DNA from: Octopus bimaculoides
Lineage: Eukaryota
Length of the DNA: 39,989 nucleotides
Direction of reading: 5' to 3'
Assembly: GCF_001194135.2 (NCBI RefSeq)
Contig: NC_068991.1
Coordinates: 37,887,355-37,927,343, forward strand
Position 1 is the stretch's first letter, and the number at the start of each line of letters is the position of its first letter. Under the pieces are notes generated by a model. The model had not been told where the DNA came from. It searched no databases and saw nothing but the letters and a program-made list of their open reading frames with translations. The translations under genes were made by a program, and so were the position numbers. Shown piece by piece: positions 1 through 11,427 of this stretch.

Positions 1-43
<43 letters not shown>

Positions 44-399
44 TGTATATATGTGCGTATATACATATATGTGTAAATAAATACATATGTCCATACAGAC
101 AAACAGACAGACAGATACATAAATAGATAGATGATATACTTATACACATATATGTATATATACTAATATTTTCATATTTTTACATATTTCATACTTTTAC
201 ATATTTTCATACTTTTACCTATACATATGTTTGTATGTCTATGTGTTTATGCATATGTGTAAATGTATGCATGTATGTATTTGTTTATTTATTTATATAT
301 GTGTTCATATTTCACCACATATAACGCTACTTTTCTTCATTCTTACTGTCAACAACGATATTGCTTCCAGTGCCATGGGTTTTCAGTGTTGAGTATGAG

Positions 400-2730
400 A
401 ACAAAATTGACGCGTTAGGAACACATGGAAGCCATATTTGTTGTCCATGTCATTAAGAACATGTAGAAGTACCAGAAGTTAACGGAAAACTCAGCATTAA
501 TCTTTTCAAACAGCCATGAATTCTTTCCTTTTATTAATTCCCTGACACAATGGAAACAATGACCTCATTGCATGTATTGAAAATAATTTTTGATGTAGTT
601 TGGAATGTAAGGCTCCCGGCATCAAAATCCTAGCAATTTAGGTAAGCAACTTCATTACATCCATCCAAAGAGCAACTGATGACTTCATGTGATCATTCAA
701 TTCACCAGAAGCAACAACTATATTTTCTTTAAACAGATGGGGCGCGTATTTAATAACGCAGTTCATGATATACAATATCAGTTAAAAGACGGGATGGTCA
801 CGGTTTCGTCATAGGCGCTTGACTTTCGATTATGTAACAGCAATTTCTTGAACTTCCTACTCAAAGAATTCTTGCAAATATTCTCGTGATATTTTAGGGA
901 TTCTTCGCAGCATCTCTGATGATGTCTTTCTCTTAGGATTTCTGGTGAAGTATAAGGCTTAATTCATCAGAGTTTTTACCATCTAAAGACTTAATAGTAG
1001 CTATTTGCCACCGAAATCATAGCTGTTCTAAATCTGTTGTGACATAATAGGAAAATTATGTGAACTAAATACCGAAATTGATTCCCAGAATTTGATTGAC
1101 AGAATGCTTTCACGTTTGTTGCATCTTTATCGTTTAATTATTCCTTTTTTAGGTCACAAAGCTAAATATGAATGTATGTAGTGGTCAAAATATAATGGTC
1201 TTAAATCGTGTTGTGAAAGAACTGTAAGGTGATTACGTGAAGAATTTGCCTTTCTAGAATGCTTTAGGGTGTACCTAGGAGGGTGATGGATACTTTATTT
1301 GGATCTTTTGGAGATTTAGAATTATAGTTTTCCATTTTGGTTATGGAAATTTGAATGAGTTAGAACGAGTACTCGGTGGATGAAGTGATTCCTTCAAGCT
1401 GTTGATGTTTTGTGTGCAAATTTGTGATTTCGTTTGGCCATGAGGCTCTTGGTTTCCCTATTGCTTTCGGATGTCTAAGAAAGGAAGATCATAAATTATA
1501 GTCTACATCAAAGGTGTGCATTTTCTGTGTTGCATTTGTCTTTTTGGTGCTGTTTTTGGTCGCTGATTTTAGAGAAATGTCCACCGGCGTTTGTTTAGTA
1601 TTGTAGTGTAACCAAAGTATTTGAGATTGATATTACATGGGAGATGGTTTGATAAGCGTTGAGTATTTTTTTTTCTTTTATGCTGTTGCAAATTGCTGGA
1701 TATAAACGTCTGCCAGTTTCTTGGTTTTTTTTTTTATTTCCTTTTTGTTTGACAATGAGCGTTATTTCCGTTTCGTTTGGTTTTGATGTTTTGTGTCCGA
1801 TGTTGCCCCTGGCGTTTTATGATTAGCTACTAACGGCATGTAATCGGGATTGTATTCTTTATGTAACTAGCGTAAGATGTCTTTTTGATGAATCTGTGAA
1901 TATTTTGTTGACTGTATTGTATTTGAGAGCTTATGTTGTTGATTGTGATTTGTTGAAGTCTTAGTGCCTTGATTGGCTCGTGATGGAAGTCGTTTGTAAA
2001 GTTTGTATAAGTCTTATTTTTATATATGTAATTATATGATCTCGGTTATATATGTAGTTATATGACCTCGGTTGAAAAAGTGTCTGCCTAGTCTGATTTG
2101 AGTTATTTGTAATGCTCAAGATGTAGTAGCAAGAATGTTTCCGGAATTATTGCCTTTTGAATATTGTCTGTGGTGTTTTAATGTCGTCTAATTCTACGAT
2201 ATTGATTTTAATACTGTCAATGGTGTACTGCAGAATTTTTAGATTTTTGTATCATGGTTTACAAACTGTTTGTGCGTAATGCGTTCATTTTTTTTTTTTT
2301 TTTTTTTTTTTTTTCAAAAATATTCTGTACAGACCCATGACATTCGGAAGGGAGAAGACTATGATAAAAGTCGCGTATTTTTCTGAAGTATCTGTAAATC
2401 ATGCTGTTAAAGTTTGTGTAACTATATTCTAGATTTTGCTAAGTTGGGTTTTTAGAGCAGACTTTGTTCAGATTCATAGCCACTGTCATTCGTTCACAAA
2501 GGTTGCACGTGCTGAAAGAATATTTCTTCCTGTTAATAATTTATCAGTTGACCACCATGTTGCCGTGGCTTGCTTCCTTTTCTTTCTGGAATATTAAGTA
2601 TTAGTTTATCTTGTATGTTTAACAATTCTTAACAAGATACGGGAGTATTTGATAAAAATCTGACCGCAGATTCATGATGAACATGAGAACGCGTTGGGGG
2701 TTTTCCTCGTTATTATAAGACTTGTTTTAA
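400..2730 (-). mobile_element. Heavily decayed Penelope-like retroelement (RT, possibly GIY-YIG remnants); boundaries approximate
   Basis: Minus strand reads LPFLDI (1487-1470), then HPPST (1382-1368) in the same frame 29 codons later, the usual PLE RT C-terminal spacing. KLADVYIQQF (1719-1690) resembles the PLE 'LADIFME' motif. Many stops and frameshifts. Confidence 0.5.
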
Positions 2731-2884
2731 GACGGTGAGTAGGAAGAATCGTTAAAACACCGGACACCATTCTTAGCAACACTTCTTCCGTCTTTACATT
2801 ATGAGTTCAAATTCTGCTGAGGTCGACTTTGCCTTTCATTTTTTCGAGGTCATTAAAATAAGTACCAGTTGAATACTGAGATCC
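2731..2884 (+). mobile_element. tRNA-type SINE, family A (degenerate copy)
   Basis: Shares GAGTTCAAATT..GAGGTCGACTTTGCCTTTCAT..AAATAAGTACCAGTT with the copies at 17906, 34509 and 34981. Confidence 0.75.
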
Positions 2885-3079
2885 ATTACTTACGCATTAC
2901 TGAAACCCAGATGAGCATCACCACCAATAACAACCACTCCTTCAAGCATTATTTCTGTTGTTTATATGTGTGTGTGTGCATCTATAGCACACACACACAC
3001 AGACAGATAAACAGACACACTCACATATACACAAACATACACACACCTATATATATAAAGAGAGAGAGAGAGAAAGAGG

Positions 3080-3112
<33 letters not shown>

Positions 3113-3114
<2 letters not shown>

Positions 3115-3186
3115 GTGTTTGCGTCTCCGTAACTTAGCGGCTCGGCAAAAAAGCATACGGCTCTTTACACTCTTGAGTTCAAATCC
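3113..3186 (+). mobile_element. Short chimeric SINE remnant (family B 3' segment joined to family A B-box segment)
   Basis: GTGTTTGCGTCTCCGTAACTTAGCGGCTCGGCAAAA matches family B. The following TCTTTACACTCTTGAGTTCAAATCC matches family A. Confidence 0.5.
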
Positions 3187-3252
3187 TGTCGTGATCATGA
3201 TCATGTCTGTGTGTGCGTCTCTCTCTCTCTNNNNNNNNNNNNNNNNNNNNNN

Positions 3253-3282
<30 letters not shown>

Positions 3283-3284
<2 letters not shown>

Positions 3285-3527
3285 GACAAAATGAGATAAT
3301 AAAGCCAAGGCTGTGAGGAGTTTCCACGATATTTATAATGAAAAGGATATAAATACAGTCTTACAGCTGTTTCTGGGATATTATGGATATCCCTTCATCA
3401 GAGACGATGTGATGAAGGGATATCCATAATATCCCAGAAACAGCTGTAAGACTATAACCATATCACTTTCATTATACATGTCTTGAAAACTCCTCACACC
3501 CTTAGATTTGTTATCTCAGTTTATCTA
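3283..3527. repeat. Head-to-head inverted duplication of a ~120-bp repeat with a perfect 44-bp core
   Basis: 3357-3400 is the exact reverse complement of 3410-3453 with a 9-nt spacer. Imperfect homology continues outward to TAGACAAAATGAGATAA / TTATCTCAGTTTATCTA, and both ends abut (TA)n. Confidence 0.92.
3358..3405 (-). ncRNA. Minimal type I hammerhead ribozyme motif (Penelope-type)
   Basis: Minus strand reads GUCU-CUGAUGA-A-GGGAUAU-CCAUA-AUAUCCC-A-GAA-ACAGCUGU-A^AGAC. Stem I is GUCU/AGAC, stem II is 7 bp, stem III is palindromic ACAGCUGU, and the cleavage triplet is GUA. Confidence 0.7.
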
Positions 3528-3774
3528 AAATATATATATGCATGCTAATACAAGACCCACATTGGCCTCCTCACTCGTATCACTATCGAACCAAGAGTTT
3601 AACTACGGTCAGTCCATAGCACTTACTTAGCGTTACCTGCCACTCTTAGGGTCTTCTAGATACCAATACCACTCACATATAATATATATATATATATATA
3701 CATACATACATACATATATATATATCAATGTGTATATATATATACACAAATGTATATACGTAAATGTATATATG

Positions 3775-3841
<67 letters not shown>

Positions 3842-3938
3842 NNNNNNNNNNNNNNNNNNNNNNNNNNNNNNNNNNNNNNNNNNNNNNNNNNNNNNNNNNN
3901 NNNNNNNNNNNNNNNNNNNNNNNNNNNNNNNNNNNNNN

Positions 3939-3970
<32 letters not shown>

Positions 3971-4341
3971 CACACGCTCACATACATATATATATATATA
4001 TGAGAGCATTGTATGGATATACAAGAGATATCTGTATTGCTGTACCCCAGCTCAATATTATTTGAACAACATATACATCCAATAATAAAAGCAACAGCTA
4101 TTGACAAACAGTTAACCGAATCAATTGCTTCGCTCCGGGCTAAGATGCAAAAATCAAGTTAAGATCACTCGGCTCAGATTAACACTCAAACAGTTTCCAT
4201 GGAAGCAGGCAAGTGCATTCTGGGACTTGAGACTTTCAAATTTATATCTCTATTGATATTCGAAATGAAGGATTTCGATGGATATCTGAGGTTGTAACAT
4301 AAATACTTCTCTCAATCTCTGTGATTGTGAGATTGTATGTA

Positions 4342-4378
<37 letters not shown>

Positions 4379-4568
4379 CATACATAATCTAACATAGCGC
4401 ATACGTCTGTAATTCCACCCCTTCATCCATCGATACATACATACTAGCTACCATTCGCAAGTGCGTGTATACATAGGTGCGTATTCATATATATGTACAT
4501 ACATACCTTCATACATGCGTATATGCAGTGTATTCGAATCCTGCGAGATTTATGTATAGATAGATAGG

Positions 4569-4612
<44 letters not shown>

Positions 4613-4744
4613 TAGTTAGATTGATAGTTAGATAGACAGACAGACACACAGACAGATAGATAGTTTGATAGATAGGTAGACAAACAGACAGATAGATAGA
4701 TAACTTTCTTTTATTAGCCACACAGGGCTGCACACACAGGGGAC

Positions 4745-4801
<57 letters not shown>

Positions 4802-5257
4802 TGCATAATCTTTCTTTGAGTTTTATTTAAGTTCTTCTTGGGAGAGTTCAAGCCGGTCGCTAACAAAGCGACAAGACTTTTTGCGTTAAGAGAGTTCCCA
4901 CCGTTTGTATGCGGTTGAGTTGCTGTGTTGGTTGAACTGTTGATTTATCCACCCAAGCGTGTGCAACTATTCACATAAGAATATATATATATATATATAT
5001 ATGGTGGTTGTCTATTTCTTATGCAGAGTCGAGTCGGACTACCTCTTGTACTTAAACTTTAGATCTATCATGGCGTCTGATGAGGCTTTTTAAACAAGAC
5101 AATATTTTGAAAGACACCCACATAAATTCCATATCTGCTTTGGACCACCAAGAGCTGCAATTAAGTTCTGATATTCGTGGATCTTAAAATGTCTTTTGAA
5201 GCCTCCGTTACATTTCCTGACCTTATGGCATACATGGCACTGACAGGTATGTACAGG

Positions 5258-5321
<64 letters not shown>

Positions 5322-5663
5322 GTATTCGTTGGAGGTACGTTTTACATGGGTCTGCAAATGAGATTTGAGCCCAGTAAAAGAAAGGCATGATCGGTCATAA
5401 ATTGTGCACACAAAAAAGGTGGTTGGGATTCATTCATTTTGAGTTTCTCATGGGCCATTTGTGTTTCTTCAAAAGCTTTCACTCTGCTCTTTTGTTCAAC
5501 ATCCAGTTCGATCCCAAGCAAGGGTTCCTATGGTCTCTGGATCCATTCCAAGTAACATCATGTTAGTCCTTATACAGTCCTTAAACTTATATATATATAT
5601 ATNNNNNNNNNNNNNNNNNNNNNNNNNNNNNNNNNNNNNNNNNNNNNNNNNNNNNNNNNNNNN

Positions 5664-5769
5664 TTATTCCTTTTACTGTTTCAGTCATTTGACTGCGGCC
5701 ATGCTAGAGCACCACTTTAAGGGTGTAAGTCGAAGAAATCGACCCCAGGACTTATTCTTTGTGAACCTA
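5664..5769 (-). mobile_element. SINE family B, 3' segment
   Basis: Reverse complement of GAATAAGTCCTGGGGTCGATT..GTGGTGCTCTAGCATGGCCGCAGTCAAATGACTGAAACAG, as in 28950-29030. Confidence 0.8.
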
Positions 5770-5785
5770 TAGATCGTTAGCCACT

Positions 5786-5941
5786 AAGCCGTCTTCTATT
5801 TTCTCTCCCTGTTTATTTTTATGCTCCTTTCTGTCGAAGAACGTAGGCTCGAAACGTAAAAGACTTACTTCCTGAGCGTTAAACTAATACATCTGTCTGT
5901 TGTTTACACACCCGTCTTCGTCTTTTGATTTTTGGAAATTC

Positions 5942-5946
<5 letters not shown>
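5786..5946 (+). mobile_element. Short (TA)n-tailed repeat carrying a variant hammerhead fold (copy 1)
   Basis: Homologous over ~150 bp to the reverse complement of 35148-35310 and ends in (TA)n at 5946. Confidence 0.75.
5827..5862 (+). ncRNA. Variant-core minimal hammerhead-like motif
   Basis: CUUU-CUGUCGA-A-GAAC-GUAG-GCUC-GAAAC-GUA^AAAG. Stem I is CUUU/AAAG, stem III is palindromic ACGU, the core has U at position 6, and stem II has one mismatch. Confidence 0.5.
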
Positions 5947-5973
<27 letters not shown>

Positions 5974-5976
<3 letters not shown>

Positions 5977-6545
5977 GAGGGTGAGTTAAAAAGTAATGCC
6001 ATTTTGTTTAGGACATGTATAATTAACAACACATAAACCTGTATCATACATCAAAATGAAGCTGGTCCACTGTGGTTCATATCCCTACTTCTCAACATAG
6101 TCACCGTTTCTCTCAATAGCAACATTCCACCTTCGAATGAGAGCATGTATCCCTGCCTCGTAAAATTCTGTTGAGTGTTCTTTGAGCCACTTCTTCGCTA
6201 CTGTTTTCACTTCCTCATCACTGGAAAAATTTAGCGCCTTCAGACTATAATTTCTTCGGTCCCATGAAAGAGGATTTGAGAGGCAAACATTATTTCAGTG
6301 ACGAAGAAGTGAAAATTGTAGTGAAGAAGTGGCTCAAAGAACAGTCAACAGAATTTTACGGGGCAGAGATACAAGCTCTCATTCGAAGATGGAACATTGC
6401 TATTGAGAGAAACGGTGACTATGTTGAGAAGTAGGGATGTGATCCACAGAGGACCAGCTTCATTTTGATGTATGATACATGTTCCTGTGTTGGTAATTAT
6501 ACCTGTCCTAAACAAAATGGCATTACTTTTTGACTCACCCTCGAA
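5974..6545. mobile_element. Fold-back (palindromic) mariner derivative built from two right ends
   Basis: Arms 5976-6230 and 6289-6543 are near-perfect reverse complements, starting TA-CGAGGGTGAG and ending CTCACCCTCG. 6231-6434 (+) encodes LAPSDYNFFGPMKEDLRGKHYFSDEEVK...RWNIAIERNGDYVEK*, the mariner transposase C-terminus including the (YSPD)LAPSDY motif. Confidence 0.92.
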
Positions 6546-7389
6546 TATATAGCTACACGCATACCTACCTGCATATATACGTGTGTGCTTTTGTATAATT
6601 AACATAAATCGCTTGCCATAACGATATGTTATAGTCATTCAAGTTAGCAGCTAGTGTAGGAGTGGGCAGTTATCAACAGTTTACTAGATTTCCATCGAAG
6701 TGGCCTCTTAATACAAAGGACAATGTTAAGTATAGACATTGTTTGTTTTTTTTATGTTCTAATAAGAGACGGATAACCTTGGAACGGTCAGCAGCCTAAT
6801 GGCTATTGATTTAAGTATTAATCAGTGATGATGTGGGATCTATTCCCGCGAGGTCCATACACTAAACTTTCTCTCCCGTTTATGGTTCTATTGTGAGAAT
6901 GTTTTTGATTTACGACGACAACCATACGAATGTGTGTCTTGTGTCTATGTATCTGTATGTATGTGTGCGGGTGTACCTATGTGTGTCTGTGAATGTGTGT
7001 GGAAATATAAGTATATATCTATACATATATTATGTACATGTTTCAATATGTATGTCTGTATATATCTATGTCTGCGCATTTATATCTGAACAGATCAATG
7101 TTTCGCGTATAAATATAAGAAATCGATTTATGTGTCAGTATGCCCACGTGTCTCATTATATGTGTGTATATGCGTGTGCGTCTGTATGATTACGTGCATG
7201 CGCGTGTGTATGAGTGCGTGTATGTGTGTATGTGTGTGTGTATGTGCACATATGTGTGTGTGTACGTGTGGGTGATATGTATCAGTCGTTAAAAACGTGT
7301 ATAAGCATATGCTTATATTTCTATAGAAGCATACGTGGCCATAACTAAATATACACACATTCATTCATATGTCGGTATCTATCTATCTA

Positions 7390-7467
<78 letters not shown>

Positions 7468-7483
7468 TATCTATATATGTATT

Positions 7484-7606
7484 TATCTTCGAAACGTCTA
7501 GATAGAATAGAGACAGCTGATGAAGGGATATTCCAAGTGGCTTTCCGTTTTCCTATGTGTTCGTTCCGTTGTCTGTAGTTTATTGTTCTAACGTCCTGTA
7601 CCCTGA
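7484..7606 (+). repeat. (TA)n-embedded short repeat containing hammerhead core elements in permuted order
   Basis: GAAACGUC (7491-7498) precedes CUGAUGAAGGGAUA (7517-7530), which shares CTGATGAAGGGATAT with the 3.4-kb ribozyme repeat. Flanked by TA microsatellite on both sides. Confidence 0.45.
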
Positions 7607-7812
7607 TATGCATATATATACACATGTAGATGTAAGTATGTACATATATGTGTGTATACATGTATATATATTCCTTGTATTATATATATACATATATATA
7701 TATATATGTGTGTGTCTCTCTATATACATATATAAATACATATATATATATACATGCGCTCGCACACACACACACATATATATATATACATATATACTAT
7801 GTATATATATAT

Positions 7813-7864
<52 letters not shown>

Positions 7865-7967
7865 GTGTGCGTGTATATATATATTCATGTGTGGGCATGT
7901 ATGTGTAATTCATCATATATATATATAAATATATCGTATATATATACATATATGTATATATATATTG

Positions 7968-8095
<128 letters not shown>

Positions 8096-8129
8096 GAATG
8101 TGTGGGTAATTAAATATACTCACACATTC

Positions 8130-8188
<59 letters not shown>

Positions 8189-8741
8189 TGTAAACATACA
8201 TACATCAATAAATATACAGAAATGTATGCATGAGTGTATTTATATTTATATGAATAGATTATGTTTTTGCAACCCTCTATAAATCCGTTTCAATGGACAT
8301 CGACATCAGTTCGAAGATCATTTTGAGAGAAAATCAAAAATAAAATTAACCATTTCGGCCTAATATACACGAGTTACGTGCTACTGTTATTAGAGGACAT
8401 CTTACAAGCGTACAATTAAGTGCTTTCTACTTGTTGGTATGCATGTGTGTGTGAAGAAATAAAGAAACAGAGCGAAAAATTCCTATATATATATGTATGT
8501 ATACATATATACTCACGTGTATGTGTATCCGTGTGAATGTGCGTGTATCTCAGAGTTGCAAATAGTCTCGAAGAAGAGTGTCATATTTAATAGGTCACAG
8601 AAGTGCGACGACATTTTTTCATATGAGATATGAACGATAATTGAATATAACATTTGTGTTTGCTTTTCATCGGTCAGAACGAATCTTCTACGATGTCACT
8701 GTACACATGTATATACATATACATATATATATATATATATA

Positions 8742-9279
8742 NNNNNNNNNNNNNNNNNNNNNNNNNNNNNNNNNNNNNNNNNNNNNNNNNNNNNNNNNNN
8801 NNNNNNNNNNNNNNNNNNNNNNNNNNNNNNNNNNNNNNNNNNNNNNNNNNNNNNNNNNNNNNNNNNNNNNNNNNNNNNNNNNNNNNNNNNNNNNNNNNNN
8901 NNNNNNNNNNNNNNNNNNNNNNNNNNNNNNNNNNNNNNNNNNNNNNNNNNNNNNNNNNNNNNNNNNNNNNNNNNNNNNNNNNNNNNNNNNNNNNNNNNNN
9001 NNNNNNNNNNNNNNNNNNNNNNNNNNNNNNNNNNNNNNNNNNNNNNNNNNNNNNNNNNNNNNNNNNNNNNNNNNNNNNNNNNNNNNNNNNNNNNNNNNNN
9101 NNNNNNNNNNNNNNNNNNNNNNNNNNNNNNNNNNNNNNNNNNNNNNNNNNNNNNNNNNNNNNNNNNNNNNNNNNNNNNNNNNNNNNNNNNNNNNNNNNNN
9201 NNNNNNNNNNNNNNNNNNNNNNNNNNNNNNNNNNNNNNNNNNNNNNNNNNNNNNNNNNNNNNNNNNNNNNNNNNNNNNN
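8742..9279. other. Assembly gap (N run)
   Basis: Ns. Other gaps are at 3231-3252, 3842-3938, 5603-5663, 16023-16557, 22162-22501, 34073-34172, 35351-35858 and 36301-36310, nearly all next to microsatellites. Confidence 1.
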
Positions 9280-9866
9280 TATATATATATTCATGTGTGT
9301 ATGCATGTATGTATATATGTAGGTATGTATGTATGATTGTGTGTATGTATGCATAGATATATAAGTTTCATACATCCAGAATATACTTCCCCAATACTCA
9401 TAAAATGGCTGCAATAAAATCTTATATAAATAGTGAAATAAAATTTATTCCCTTTCAATGGCCTTTTAATATCAAAACAGACACACATGTATATATGCAC
9501 ACGCACACGCATTCAAAGAAACGCACACATAGGCAGACTGACTCACACACGCACACACACATACGCACATACACTAGCAGACACGCCTATGCCTGGTTGT
9601 ATTTATGTTTGTATGTGTGCGTGCGTGCGTGCGTGTGTGTGAGTGTGCGTGTGCGTGCGTGAGCCTGTGTGTATACGTGTATGTTTGCTTGTATTTGTAG
9701 ATCATTTGTGCCAATATGTACGTATGTGTGTATAAGTGTGTACTTTCAGAATAAAAGTCAACGATTAGAAAGAGAAAAGAGTAATGATGATGATGATGAT
9801 GATGATGATGTTGATGGTGGTGATGACAGCAAAGACGATGACGATTATAGCAAAAGGAAATAACTG

Positions 9867-10028
9867 TGGCTGTGTGGTAAAAACTAAGAAATTCTCTTCC
9901 TAACCCCATGGTTCCGGGATCAGTCCCACTACGTGGCATCTTGCGCAAGGGTCTTCTGCTATAGCCTCGGACGGTTCAAAGCTTGAGAGTGGATTTGGTA
10001 GAGAGAAATTAAAATAAATGTGTGTGCA

Positions 10029-10059
<31 letters not shown>

Positions 10060-10378
10060 ATGTCCGAGTTTTTGTGTGTGCCTCTGAGTGTGTGTATGTT
10101 TGTGTGTTTATGTGTGCGTGTATTTCTGTGTGTGCCTGTGTGTGTATGATGTGTGTGCCTGTGTTTATGTGTGTGTGTATTTATCCCCCACCAGCACTTG
10201 ACAATCGGTGTTGGAGTGTTTACATCCCTGTAACTTAGAGGTTCGGCAAAAGACACCGTTAGAATCAGTTCCAGACTTTAAAAAAAAGCGAGTATTGGTG
10301 TCGATCTATTTGACATATAACTTCTACAAGGCGGTGCCCCAGGATGGCTACAAACAAATGACTGAAACAAGAATAAGA
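9867..10378 (+). mobile_element. tRNA-type SINE family B, full length, with internal (GT)n
   Basis: A-box-like TGGCTGTGTGG (9867-9877), B-box-like GGATCAGTCCC, internal microsatellite, and conserved 3' AAGGCGGTGCCCCAGGATGGC..AAATGACTGAAACAAG. Confidence 0.85.
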
Positions 10379-10973
10379 TACATAATTAATTATGATTCTG
10401 GCAATATATTTTGTAGAATTAATTACTTCACAGACAGAGACTCATTGAGGGTTCCTATACGTGGTCACTGAATCAGCTAAAAATAGCAGTGAAATCTACC
10501 TCAAATCACTCCTATCTCTAAAAAGGGAAATATATGTAAAGAAACTTTTAATTTGTGATTGTCACGGTTGGGGTGTTTTTGATATATTTATTCAATCAGA
10601 GCTGATCGGACTCTGAACAACAACAAAATGTGTCTCCATCGAAAGGTTTGCCGTGCTTTCTCCGAAAAGAAGGACTCGTTGACTGACGGAGAAAGCCCAG
10701 CGGTGAAATCATGGCGGAATTGTCTAAAGGCTGCAACTGAACCGAAGACATTTATGTGATGTGATATTGGTCAATGAATACTGCATTTCATTGCAGTAAA
10801 TTGCACTAGTTGACAACTTGGTGCATCATATGTCATGTTATTAGGGGTCAATTTATTGTGAACTTTAACCTTTCGTCTATTGGCGTGAATAATCGATGAT
10901 TTATGCACAATGCACAACCAAGTAAACAGATGACCAAAGCACATGAAATGAGAATTTAAGTGCATGCGTGTCC

Positions 10974-11024
<51 letters not shown>

Positions 11025-11363
11025 TGATACACATCCGCACGGCTATTTTTGTGGATAGTAGAAAGTGAAGCAGAAGACAGTATTTGTTACCTAGCTACAT
11101 GACGACCAATGGCGAGCACTTGATATTTATAGAGTAAGATAGCCAATTCATATATCACACATTGGCAAACACAAACGCATAGTAGTATACATGCATACGT
11201 ATGAATCGTATATGCATTCAAATTTGTCTATTTTAATATTCAGTTATAACAAAAACGATTTGAATGGTTACTCCAAATTTTTGTAGAGTATCAGTTTATT
11301 ATTCTTTAATAAGAATAGTACTGACAGTAACTTCGAAGTTGCAGCTATCTAAGCCATCAGCAG

Positions 11364-11427
<64 letters not shown>

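Noticed and set aside
2021-2072. 26-bp tandem duplication (also a 14-bp duplication near 28293-28320)
   Set aside because: Ordinary local slippage.
5075-5100. GTCTGATGAGGCTTTTTAAACAAGAC, a possible hammerhead remnant
   Set aside because: No GAAA and no closing strand for stem II.
9867-9930. tRNA gene suggested by A-box and B-box motifs
   Set aside because: No cloverleaf; it is the tRNA-derived head of a multi-copy SINE.
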